24,000 nucleotides of DNA from an uncultured delta proteobacterium (GTDB taxonomy: Bacteria > Desulfobacterota > Binatia > Binatales > Binataceae): assembly GCA_963794325.1 (NCBI GenBank), contig CAWCDG010000004.1, forward strand, positions 398,413-422,412, written 5' to 3'. Each line of letters opens with the position of its first letter. The stretch's first letter is position 1. The notes under the pieces were generated by a model, which did not search any database, had not been told where the DNA came from, and saw nothing but the letters and a program-made list of their open reading frames with translations. This document shows, in pieces, positions 8,540 through 16,247 of this stretch. A program made the translations under genes and the position numbers.

Positions 8540-9343
8540 ATGGCGATGAGAATTTTCGAGCGAAGGCCGATCCGCGAATGCCGATTGCTGTTGTTGGCGG
8601 TCGTACTTCTTTTGTCGCTCGCCCTGACGACCTCGGGATGCGCGCAAATCAAGGCGTGGTGGAATCCCGACGACGAGTCGGCCGATCTCGACGATGCCGC
8701 GAACGCCAACGAAGGTGAGCCGCTGCCGCCTCCGGTCGCCAATGTCGCGATCAGCTACCGCCGCTCCGGCGACGCGCTCTCACGCGCGACCGTGATCAAG
8801 TTCTTCGGCGCTGAAGTGATCGCGAACCATCAACGCGACGCGTCGCATACAGAGTCGGTAGTGCGATTCGACGGCGGCGTTCCAATCTGGGAATTCAAGG
8901 CCGATGAGGGAACGTTCGGCTCGCTGACCGGCGTCGGCGCAGCGAAGTATTCGCTCAAGAGTATCGACTACTCGAAGGTGCCGACGCATTTCACGCAGGT
9001 GCTTCCCGAGGAAGGGCCGCCGGAACCGCTCGACCGTGGCGCGTACTACGTCTTTCAAATAGAGCGCGCATCGGGTTCGACCAGCTACCAGGCGGTGAAG
9101 GTGCTCGCTGACGGATCGCTCCAGGCTTACAACGCGCAGCCGCGGGCGGGCAGCAGCTATCTACTTTGCTGCAACGTGACCTCTGATTTCCCCGAGCCCG
9201 TGATTCTTCCCGATGCGACTCAGGATGCGGGAACTGAGACCCCGGCGCCCGAGGAAGCCCCCGACCAATCCGGTGCTCCTCCAGAGCAAGCTGCCCCTGC
9301 TCCGGAGGAACCTCCTCCGACGCTGGATCCCCTTAATCCATAG
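8540..9343 (+). CDS. Hypothetical lipoprotein with Pro/Glu/Ala-rich C-terminal tail
   Basis: Signal peptide plus lipobox (LLLLAVVLLLSLALTTSGC). The rest has protein-like composition. I recognise no family. Confidence 0.6.
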   Translation: MAMRIFERRPIRECRLLLLAVVLLLSLALTTSGCAQIKAWWNPDDESADLDDAANANEGEPLPPPVANVAISYRRSGDALSRATVIKFFGAEVIANHQRDASHTESVVRFDGGVPIWEFKADEGTFGSLTGVGAAKYSLKSIDYSKVPTHFTQVLPEEGPPEPLDRGAYYVFQIERASGSTSYQAVKVLADGSLQAYNAQPRAGSSYLLCCNVTSDFPEPVILPDATQDAGTETPAPEEAPDQSGAPPEQAAPAPEEPPPTLDPLNP

Positions 9344-9412
9344 CAGTAGTTGGCGCGACATTCCGGCCCTTGGCAGCCTGATCCGGCCTCGGCGGATCGG
9401 CAACATTGCTAA

Positions 9413-9476
9413 TGAATTCAGCTTATTGGATATCTTGGACAATCGATTCATTTATGAATCTATATTCAATATTGAA
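9413..9476. promoter_or_regulatory. Cluster of perfect AT-rich palindromes sharing TTCA/TGAA half-sites (candidate TetR operators)
   Basis: TGAATTCA (9413-9420), GATTCAT-tt-ATGAATC (9445-9460) and TTCAAT-ATTGAA (9465-9476). They lie in a sharply AT-rich island upstream of the TetR gene, and a further cattcat lies at 9499-9505. Confidence 0.45.
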
Positions 9477-9489
9477 CTAAGAATCGTAA

Positions 9490-9518
9490 TTGACACATCA
9501 TTCATTTCCCGGTAAAAA
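9490..9518 (+). promoter_or_regulatory. Candidate sigma70-type promoter TTGACA-N17-TAAAAA
   Basis: Perfect -35 hexamer at 9490-9495, then a 17-nt spacer, then taaaaa(t) at 9513-9519. The predicted transcription start falls at or within a few nt of the GTG at 9527. Confidence 0.4.
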
Positions 9519-9526
9519 TCCACATC

Positions 9527-10138
9527 GTGGGTGAAGTTAGTCGACAATCCGGGGACGCGCCGAATCGGTTCGATCGTCGTCGCGAAAAAACACGCTTCGA
9601 TCTGATTCAAGCGGCCGAGCGCGTCATCTCGAGCAAGGGGTACCATCAGACGCGCATCGCCGACATCGCCACCGAAGCCGACGTCGGGCTGGGTACCTTC
9701 TACCTGCACTTCAAAACCAAGAACGAAATTTTTATCGAGCTGATCGAGCATGGCGCGGCTGAGTTGCGGCGCGGTCTCGGCGAGGCGAAGTCGGGCGTAC
9801 ATACGCCGGCCGAGAAACTAAAGATCACGATCGACACGATTCTCGACGCGGCCGCCGAGGCGCCCGAACTTTTCCGGATCGTGTTCGGCCACAGCCCCGC
9901 ATTTCTCGATCTGATGGTCCGAGTGCACGAGGTTTTTATCAGCGACCTGCGCGACGATCTCGCGCCGGCAGTCGGTGAACGCGCCGACGCGATCGCGCAT
10001 CTCACGATCGGAATGTTATCGCAGGCGATCTCGTGGCTGCTCGCGAGCCGCGATCTTTCTCACGCGGAACTGAAAAACATCACCGTAAATTTTGCCCTGG
10101 GCGGACTCGAGCGCGCGGCACAGCTCGGCGCCCCTTGA
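9527..10138 (+). CDS. TetR/AcrR-family transcriptional regulator
   Basis: N-terminal HTH region RFDLIQAAERVISSKGYHQTRIADIATEADVGLGTFYLHFKTKNEIF. GTG 9527 is the only canonical start codon in the open frame before the HTH. Confidence 0.85.
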   Translation: MGEVSRQSGDAPNRFDRRREKTRFDLIQAAERVISSKGYHQTRIADIATEADVGLGTFYLHFKTKNEIFIELIEHGAAELRRGLGEAKSGVHTPAEKLKITIDTILDAAAEAPELFRIVFGHSPAFLDLMVRVHEVFISDLRDDLAPAVGERADAIAHLTIGMLSQAISWLLASRDLSHAELKNITVNFALGGLERAAQLGAP

Positions 10139-10172
10139 AGAATTGAAAAATGAATCTTGGAGGATTCTCGCA

Positions 10173-11171
10173 ATGGCTCACGACCACACCGTAGTTAACA
10201 CCGACCTCGAAAGCGTCTTCCACTGGGACTACAGCGTTAAGTTCCCGCAGATGGACCGGCTGTACGAGAACGCCAAGCGCGATCAGTGGAACGTCTCGAC
10301 CACTATCAACTGGGACCGCCCGATCGAGAACGAAGTCCTGGACATGACGATGATGCCGATGTTCCAGACCGAGCTCTATCGATCGCTGAGCGAAGAGAAC
10401 AAGTACCAGCTCGGGCGCAAGTTCGCGGCGTGGCGGCTCTCGCAATTCCTGCACGGCGAGCAGGGCGCGCTGATGGTCTGCGGGCAATTGGTTGATGCGG
10501 TGCCGGACCTCGACGCCAAGATGAATGCGGCGGCGCAGGTGTTTGACGAGGCGCGTCACGTCGAGGGCTTCCGCAAGTACATCACCAAGCTCGATCGCAT
10601 CTACCCGATCGATCCGACGCTCGAACGGCTGCTGACCACGGTCATGGCGCACGATCGATGGGAGCCCAAGTACGTCGGGATGCAAGTCGTGGCTGAGGGA
10701 CTCGCGATCGCGGCGTTCCGCTTCATGCAGCGCGAGACCAAGGACGAGCTGCTCAAGGAACTGCTCGAGTACATCATGAAGGACGAGGCGCGCCATGTGG
10801 GCTTCGGGATGCTGGCGCTGCGCGACGCGGTGACCAAGCTCAAGGGCAAGGACAAGAAGGACCTCGAGGACTTCGCGTTCGCGGCGTGCGACATGATGGT
10901 GACGAAGGTCGTCGACGGCGTGCCCAAGGACGGCTTCTTGTCGGGCGCGTCGGTGTTCGAGGAAGTTGGAATCTCGATGAAGGACATCGAGGAAGAGATG
11001 CATCGTAATCCCGCGTGGGCGGCGGCGGAGAACGACATGGAGAAGCAGTTCAACTCGTTCCTGTTCGTCGACACGATCATCCCATGCCTGCGGCAAATCG
11101 ATCTGATCAACGACCGCACCGAGTCGTGGTACCAGCAGCTAGGCGTGATGCAGTTGGCGTCGGCCGCGTAG
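10173..11171 (+). CDS. Ferritin-like diiron-carboxylate protein (AurF / R2-like oxygenase superfamily)
   Basis: ATG 10173 lies within track ORF 10092..11171 and is preceded by GGAGG with a 9-nt spacer. It has two E...EXXH half-motifs: LHGEQGAL...FDEARHVEGF and VVAEGLAI...MKDEARHVGFG. Confidence 0.7.
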   Translation: MAHDHTVVNTDLESVFHWDYSVKFPQMDRLYENAKRDQWNVSTTINWDRPIENEVLDMTMMPMFQTELYRSLSEENKYQLGRKFAAWRLSQFLHGEQGALMVCGQLVDAVPDLDAKMNAAAQVFDEARHVEGFRKYITKLDRIYPIDPTLERLLTTVMAHDRWEPKYVGMQVVAEGLAIAAFRFMQRETKDELLKELLEYIMKDEARHVGFGMLALRDAVTKLKGKDKKDLEDFAFAACDMMVTKVVDGVPKDGFLSGASVFEEVGISMKDIEEEMHRNPAWAAAENDMEKQFNSFLFVDTIIPCLRQIDLINDRTESWYQQLGVMQLASAA

Positions 11172-11195
11172 TTAGCAGACACAGTCAGAATGATG

Positions 11196-11231
11196 AAGGG
11201 CCGGTCGTCGACGACCGGCCCTTTTCTTTTT
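11196..11231 (+). terminator. Rho-independent terminator of the TetR/diiron unit
   Basis: A 12-bp perfect stem aagggccggtcg-tcga-cgaccggccctt followed by ttctttttc, 25 nt after the TAG at 11169-11171. Confidence 0.85.
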
Positions 11232-11361
11232 CCTGACGAGGAGCGAGCAAAGCGAGCACTTCTGTGATCCTGACAAGCGAGCAACGCGAGCGTCTTGTGT
11301 CATCCTGACGAAGCGAGCAACGCGAGCGGCAGGAAGGATCTCGGACAGCTTCGCGTCAGCG
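11231..11361. repeat. Three degenerate tandem ~35-37 bp units (tcctgac-(g)a(g)gagcgagcaa(a/c)gcgagc) plus an inverted partner
   Basis: tcctgac starts at 11231, 11268 and 11303. The third unit (ttgtgtcatcctgacgaagcgagc...aggaaggatctcgg) pairs imperfectly with gcttcgcgtcag at 11348-11359. A related ttgtgtcattct...gcgaagaatcccgg lies at 14851-14893. Confidence 0.7.
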
Positions 11362-11386
11362 AAGCCGGTTCCGGTTTCCGAAAATC

Positions 11387-11424
11387 GCGCAGCGCTCCTT
11401 TTCTGCTGTCGTCGCGCGCTGCGC
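11387..11424 (-). terminator. Weak candidate terminator hairpin for the VWA-GNAT operon
   Basis: gcgcagcgc (11387-11395) pairs with gcgctgcgc (11416-11424) across a 20-nt loop and overlaps the GNAT stop. GAUUUUCGG follows on the minus-strand RNA. Confidence 0.3.
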
Positions 11425-11927
11425 TACTTTCGGAACTTCGCGAGTGCTGCGTTCTTGAGCTTGTAGTTCGGCTCGCCGAATTCCTCATCGACGGTACCGG
11501 TCGGACAGAACCCCAGGCTGACATACAACGCCGCCGCGTTAAGATTGGTTCGGAAGCAGGTTAGTTGCACGGCTTCGCATCGCGGATAGCGGGCGACGAT
11601 CATCTCGACCACCTCGACCATTGCGGCGCGGCCGTAACCTTTGCCCTGATGCTCGGCGGCGATCATGATGTCGTCGATCCAGTAATTCTCGGCGCTGTTC
11701 GGATCGCATGCGGTGGTCGTGTAGCCAACTATCTCGTCGCCGGCGCGGATCAGATGCGGCAGATGCTCGAAGTTGTCGCCGAAGAACTTCACGTAGCATC
11801 GCGCGAGCGTCCATGGCGGCGGCGTTACGAACTTCGTCTGTTCGGGGCGAAGCTGCATGCTGAACAGCTTCATGAAATTGCTCCGATCGATTGGTTCGAT
11901 CACGACTTTTAGACCGCTGGTCTTCAT
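11424..11927 (-). CDS. GNAT-family N-acetyltransferase
   Basis: 167-aa ORF with the acetyl-CoA-binding motif IAAEHQGKGYGRAAMVEVV and a C-terminal LYVSLGF. Its ATG overlaps the upstream stop in an ATGA (11924-11927). Confidence 0.8.
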   Translation of the reverse strand: MKTSGLKVVIEPIDRSNFMKLFSMQLRPEQTKFVTPPPWTLARCYVKFFGDNFEHLPHLIRAGDEIVGYTTTACDPNSAENYWIDDIMIAAEHQGKGYGRAAMVEVVEMIVARYPRCEAVQLTCFRTNLNAAALYVSLGFCPTGTVDEEFGEPNYKLKNAALAKFRK

Positions 11928-13534
11928 GATTGCACGTGCAGGAAAATGTCGCGGGCGTGCTCGTCGCTGATGCGCTTGACCGACGTGATTCGATCGGCGA
12001 ACTGCGCCAGTGACGACGTCTCCGCCGATCCTACGTCAACCAGCACCGCGAAGATCGAAAAATCCAGTTCGTCTTTGCGCTCGCGCAGCCGCGCCAGCCA
12101 ATCGGGACTGACCTGCGATTCACCGTCGGTGATGATCACGATATCGCCGCGCTTGAGTTTCTTTTCGCCGAGCAATTCGACCGCGGCGTCGATCGGAGTT
12201 TCGAAGTCGGTGCCGCCGCCCGGGAAGTACTCGGCCATCTCGACGACCTTGTTCAAATCGGGCTGATAGCGCCGCTCGCGATTGAGGTCGAGCACTTTGA
12301 GGCTGACGTCGCCGGACGAGAACATCACCGCGCGGAACAGGCGGCGCTGGCGGCGCGCGATATCCATCAGCGTGAGCGCGACCGCCTTCGACCACATCTC
12401 CTTGTCGCCCTGCATCGAAGAGCTCACGTCGATGCAAACGACCATCGGGCCCTTGCCCTTCTGTTCGTCATCGCGCAGGCGGTACTGAAGGACCGTGCCC
12501 TCCAGCACGCGGCGATGGAAGTCGCGCTTGAGCACGGGATGATGCATCGCGAGCAGCTCGGCGGGAATCAGGCGTCCGAGCTCCGAGCCGAGCTCGATGT
12601 CGTAGGCCTCGGCGACGCCGCGCTCGAGAGTCTTGCGCTTGAGCGCGCGCGCGTCCTGCTTGAATCGCCCGACCATCCGCGCCAACTCGCCAAGCTTCTT
12701 GTTGCGCGCGAGGCGCCGTCCCAGCTCGAGGCGCGCACCCGCCGCGACGCGTCCACCCTGGCCGAACTCGCGGCTGAAGTCGTGGCTGTCCTCGGCCGCC
12801 TGATCGATTTCGGCAGCCAGCTCGCCGGTCTTGAGCTGCATCCGCTTGAGCGCGCTTTGATCCGCGCCCTTCAGTTGAGTTTCGAACTGCCGCGACTTCT
12901 GATTGAGCCGCGCTTCTGAGACTTTCGCCGCGCGCTCGGCCGCATCGGCCATCTCGGATAACTCTTTCTTAGCCGCCTGATCCTTCGGTTCTTCGGCCGG
13001 TGCGGATTCGCCTTCTTCTTTTTCCTGGATCTCGTTGACCGCTTTCACCGCCTCGGCGCGCGCTTCGAGATCCTGTTCCTGCCGCGCGAGGTCCCACAGA
13101 TCGAGCATCTCGCTGCGGTTGATCAGTTTCTCGGATTTGATCATCTCGAGCGCATGTTCGCTCATTACGATCGCAGCGATCGCAGCTTTGTCTTCTTCGA
13201 GCGCGGTGCGCGAGCGAAGCGCCTGGAACGGCGCCGACGGCACGATTTGCTCGAGGATCGTGCGATTGAGTGCCGCCGCGAGGCGCACGTCGCCGGACTT
13301 GCGGAGCACCGGATTCATTTTGAACAGCGCGAAGAAAAGATCCTGCACCAACGCGCCGAAATGCGGAACCAGCCGCTCGCCGGTTTCCGCGAGGTCGGCG
13401 AGAGACGGCGCGTCGGCGACGATTTCATTCCAGGTGCGCCGGTCGTAGCTGTCGCTCTCGAACCAGGACGCATTCGCGGGCACGACCGGAATATAGAGGC
13501 GTCGCGGCTTGACGATTTTGGCTTTGCGCGCCAT
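11924..13534 (-). CDS. ViaA-like VWA-domain protein (N-terminal helical domain, acidic coiled-coil middle, C-terminal VWA)
   Basis: C-terminal VWA domain with MIDAS motif (VVCIDVSSSMQG...GGGTDFETPI...IVIITDGES). The preceding LIPAELLAMHHPVLKRDFHRRVLEGTVLQYRL parallels the LLPPELATL...FYRRLVEKQLLTYRL region of E. coli ViaA as I recall it. Confidence 0.75.
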   Translation of the reverse strand: MARKAKIVKPRRLYIPVVPANASWFESDSYDRRTWNEIVADAPSLADLAETGERLVPHFGALVQDLFFALFKMNPVLRKSGDVRLAAALNRTILEQIVPSAPFQALRSRTALEEDKAAIAAIVMSEHALEMIKSEKLINRSEMLDLWDLARQEQDLEARAEAVKAVNEIQEKEEGESAPAEEPKDQAAKKELSEMADAAERAAKVSEARLNQKSRQFETQLKGADQSALKRMQLKTGELAAEIDQAAEDSHDFSREFGQGGRVAAGARLELGRRLARNKKLGELARMVGRFKQDARALKRKTLERGVAEAYDIELGSELGRLIPAELLAMHHPVLKRDFHRRVLEGTVLQYRLRDDEQKGKGPMVVCIDVSSSMQGDKEMWSKAVALTLMDIARRQRRLFRAVMFSSGDVSLKVLDLNRERRYQPDLNKVVEMAEYFPGGGTDFETPIDAAVELLGEKKLKRGDIVIITDGESQVSPDWLARLRERKDELDFSIFAVLVDVGSAETSSLAQFADRITSVKRISDEHARDIFLHVQS

Positions 13535-13652
13535 CGGGGATCGATCCTACGTCACAGAATACCTGCTCGCCATCGCACAAATGAACGCCCTTGCGTTACG
13601 ATGACGCTTGAATGTATCGCTGGATGCGTAACACAATTGTAATCAGCACCAG

Positions 13653-14696
13653 ATGACACAGGAATCTTCAGGCACCACGCTTTCGAACCGGCAGCACGCG
13701 CTGGTGTTGGCGGCGGTGCAGGAGTTCGTCGCGACTGCCGAGCCAGTAGGTTCCGCGCAGATTGTCGCGCGGCATCAGCTGGGCGTGCGCGCCGCGATGG
13801 TCCGCAACATGATGGCCGAGCTCGAAGAAGGCGGCTACCTGCGTCAGCCGCATACATCGGCAGGGCGGGTTCCCACTGAAAAAGCGTTCCGCTACTACGT
13901 CGATCATCTCGCGGCGGCAACTCGAATCGGCTTCGAGGATCGCGCGCAAATCGAACTCCATTACTCGAGCGCCGTACGAAATCTCGGCGAAGTCCTGCGC
14001 GATACACCCAGGCTGCTCTCACTTCTGACCGGACAGGCCGCGCTGGTGATGGCGCCGCGGCTCGAGGCCTCGATTATCGAGCGCGTCAATTTCGTCCGCC
14101 TTCGCGATAACCAGGTGCTGGCAGTTTTCGTCGCCGCGAAAGGCGCGATGCAGAATCGAATCGTCGATACCGAACGAGACCATTCGCAGGACGAGCTCGA
14201 TCGGATGGCGCGGTACCTGAACGAATCGCTCGAAGGGCGATCGCTCGACGAGGCGCGCCGCTGGATCGAAGCGCAACTGCGTGAGGAACGCGCCAACTAC
14301 GATCGCTTCATGCACGACGCGCTCGCGCTCGGCGAGGCGCTAGCCGGTTACGTCGGGCGTACCGAGTTGTATGTCGAGGGCAGCCTGCAGGCGCTCGAGC
14401 AGCCGGAGTTCTCCGATCGCGGCAAGATGCGCGAATTGCTGCGCGCACTCGACGACAAAACCGCCCTGCTCGAATTGCTCGAACGCAGCCTGACTCATGC
14501 CGGCCTGACCGTGTCGATCGGTTCCGAGAACTACGACCCGCGCCTGTCGTCATTGAGCGTCGTCGCGGCATCGTACGCCAGCGGCCCGAGCGCGCTTGGC
14601 AGCCTGGCAATCGTCGGCCCAGTGCGGATGGACTACGACCGCGTCATCCCGCTGGTCGAGTACACCGCGCGCGCACTGTCGCGGCTGATGGAATAA
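13653..14696 (+). CDS. hrcA: Heat-inducible transcription repressor HrcA
   Basis: LSNRQHALVLAAVQEFVATAEPVGSAQIV...MVRNMMAELEEGGYLRQPHTSAGRVPTEKAFRYYVDHL is the HrcA winged-helix N-terminus. Its length (347 aa) is typical. Confidence 0.92.
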   Translation: MTQESSGTTLSNRQHALVLAAVQEFVATAEPVGSAQIVARHQLGVRAAMVRNMMAELEEGGYLRQPHTSAGRVPTEKAFRYYVDHLAAATRIGFEDRAQIELHYSSAVRNLGEVLRDTPRLLSLLTGQAALVMAPRLEASIIERVNFVRLRDNQVLAVFVAAKGAMQNRIVDTERDHSQDELDRMARYLNESLEGRSLDEARRWIEAQLREERANYDRFMHDALALGEALAGYVGRTELYVEGSLQALEQPEFSDRGKMRELLRALDDKTALLELLERSLTHAGLTVSIGSENYDPRLSSLSVVAASYASGPSALGSLAIVGPVRMDYDRVIPLVEYTARALSRLME

Positions 14697-14717
14697 CTTA
14701 GAAAGGAACTTTATTGA

Positions 14718-14781
14718 ATGTGAAACCCTTCGCGGGTTTCACGCTTCCGCGGCAGGGGTGACCCCTGCACCCAGTAATAAT
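14718..14781. repeat. Solo copy of the left arm of the 5743-5974 element
   Basis: By manual alignment, 62 of 64 positions are identical to 5752-5815 (atgtgaaaccct[c/t]cgcgggtttcacgcttccgcggcaggggtgacccctgcacccagta[t/a]taat). It starts 22 nt after the hrcA stop. I found no matching right arm nearby. Confidence 0.85.
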
Positions 14782-14794
14782 AAGAACAGAGCAG

Positions 14795-14940
14795 GATGCG
14801 GGACGGAGTTTACTCTGTGAGTACTCGTAGGGTCCCTGTTAGAAGTTTTTTTGTGTCATTCTAGAGCGAAAGATGCTGTAGCGAAGAATCCCGGCTCCTT
14901 CTTCCCTCTCCCTGTTAGGGAGAGGATCAAGGTGAGGGTC
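14795..14940. repeat. Mosaic of three further repeat modules
   Basis: (i) gatgcgggac...gtccctgttagaag (14795-14845) is the reverse-orientation counterpart of cttctaacggggacgaagtcccgcatc at 5870-5896, with a longer loop. (ii) ttgtgtcattct...gcgaagaatcccgg (14851-14893) is related to 11295-11345. (iii) A perfect hairpin cctctccct-gtt-agggagagg (14905-14925) is followed by atcaaggtgagggtc. Confidence 0.65.
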
Positions 14941-15055
14941 CGATTACAGCGCGCTCTTTTGCGCGCGATTCAAGATTCTGCGCACGGGTGTGGCGATTCT
15001 CCGGCGGCCTCTCGCAGTTGATCGAGCACTTGGATAAACTCGCAGTTACGCTGCG

Positions 15056-16109
15056 ATGTACTCCGCTCGAGCACGTTTGTTGTTCGCAATTTTTGCGTTC
15101 GCGTTGCTCTCCGGAGCTAGCGCATCCCGGCGCGCCCTACCCCAGGACGCATACATCTGGCAGCGCAAGTGGACTCCAGCCCTCCGTGTCGCGCTGAAAC
15201 AATCGCCCGACCTCGTTCGTGCGTGGCGAGTGCTGGCTGCTTATTCGGATGACGGTGGCCGTCTGCAAGCGGTGGCCGTCGATTGGAAAGCGTTGAAGAG
15301 TAGCGGCCGGCCGGTAATTGCGGTCGTGCGAATCAACGGCCAGCTCGCGCGATACAACGACGATCGGCTGCTCGGCGACCTGGACGGTCTGTTATCGCGA
15401 TGGCGGCAAATGAGCACGCCGATCGCCGGCCTCGAGATCGATCATGATTGTGGCAGCGCCAGACTCGCGGCGTATGCGAAGTTTCTTGCGCGTGTTCGCG
15501 CGCATCTCGACCACACGATTCCCTTGTCGATAACCGCGCTGCCGGCGTGGCTATCCTCGCCTGAGCTTGACGCCGTATTCGCGCCGACGAGTGAGGTCGT
15601 CCTGCAGGTGCACATGGTGCAAAATCCGCGCGCAGGACTGTTCGATCCGGTGCAGGCACGCCGATGGATACAAGAAATGTCTCATCGCACGGACAAACCG
15701 TTTCGTGTTGCGCTTCCCGCATACGGGGTGCGGGTCACGTGGCGAGGAGACGGGAGCATGCTCGCCGTCGAAAGCGAGGAGCCGCTCCTCGCCGGCGGCT
15801 ATTCGGCGAGCGAAATGATCGTCTCGCCAGAAGCGGTGTCAGGCGCTGCTGCGCGACCTCGAACGCGACGCGCCGGCCTGGCTTACTGGAATCGTATGGT
15901 TCCGGCTCCCGGTCGCCGGCGATGTTCGCGCATGGAGTCCCGAGACCTGGCGCGCGGTGGTCATGGGCAAGCCATTGCGACCACGGGTCGAGGCGATCGT
16001 CGAAAAGAGCGTGATACCGGGAATGAACAATATCGTACTGATTAACCAGGGAGACGTGGACGGTAGTATTGCCGCAGACGAATCGATCTGCCAGCTTCGT
16101 GCACGATAG
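15056..16109 (+). pseudogene. DUF3142-like secreted protein gene interrupted by one frame disruption near nt 15839
   Basis: Track ORF 15056..16045 has a signal peptide (LLFAIFAFALLSGASA) and a YIWQRKWTPAL... start that matches my memory of DUF3142. After ...MIVSPEAV it turns into Arg/Gly-rich junk. The next frame then reads QALLRDLERDAPAWLTGIVWFRLPVAGDVRAWSPETWRAVVMGK... to a TAG at 16107-16109. Skipping one base at ~15839 joins the two frames. Confidence 0.6.
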
Positions 16110-16247
16110 CCGACGGGATCAATGGCTATACCCTTGCGCATAGCCAATCGGGACTCTCGATTGAGCGCCAGCAGGATGGACTGCTGCCCGGCCATCAGCG
16201 GCGATTGGTCGGCTGGATGCGTTGCACTCCGGCTCAGGTGGCAATTC

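Noticed and set aside
11231-11361. Checked whether the 35-37 bp tandem units could be a mini CRISPR array.
   Set aside because: The units abut one another with only a few variable bases between them, so there are no unique spacers of comparable length. The repeats are also degenerate.
14697-14702. CTTAGA occurs immediately after the hrcA stop (14697-14702) and again at 18797-18802 near the right edge of the insert, which could be a target-site duplication.
   Set aside because: Six nucleotides is too short to distinguish from chance. The right-hand copy is not at a defined element boundary.
16122-16247. N-terminal 42 codons of track ORF 16122..16568 (MAIPLRIANRDSRLSASRMDCCPAISG...).
   Set aside because: There is no protein-like character. 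The internal ATG at 16248 has an AGGTGG SD and opens a clean signal peptide. The TGGCTAT-N10-ATAGCCA inverted repeat at 16123-16146 is more likely a structural or regulatory element of the intergenic spacer.
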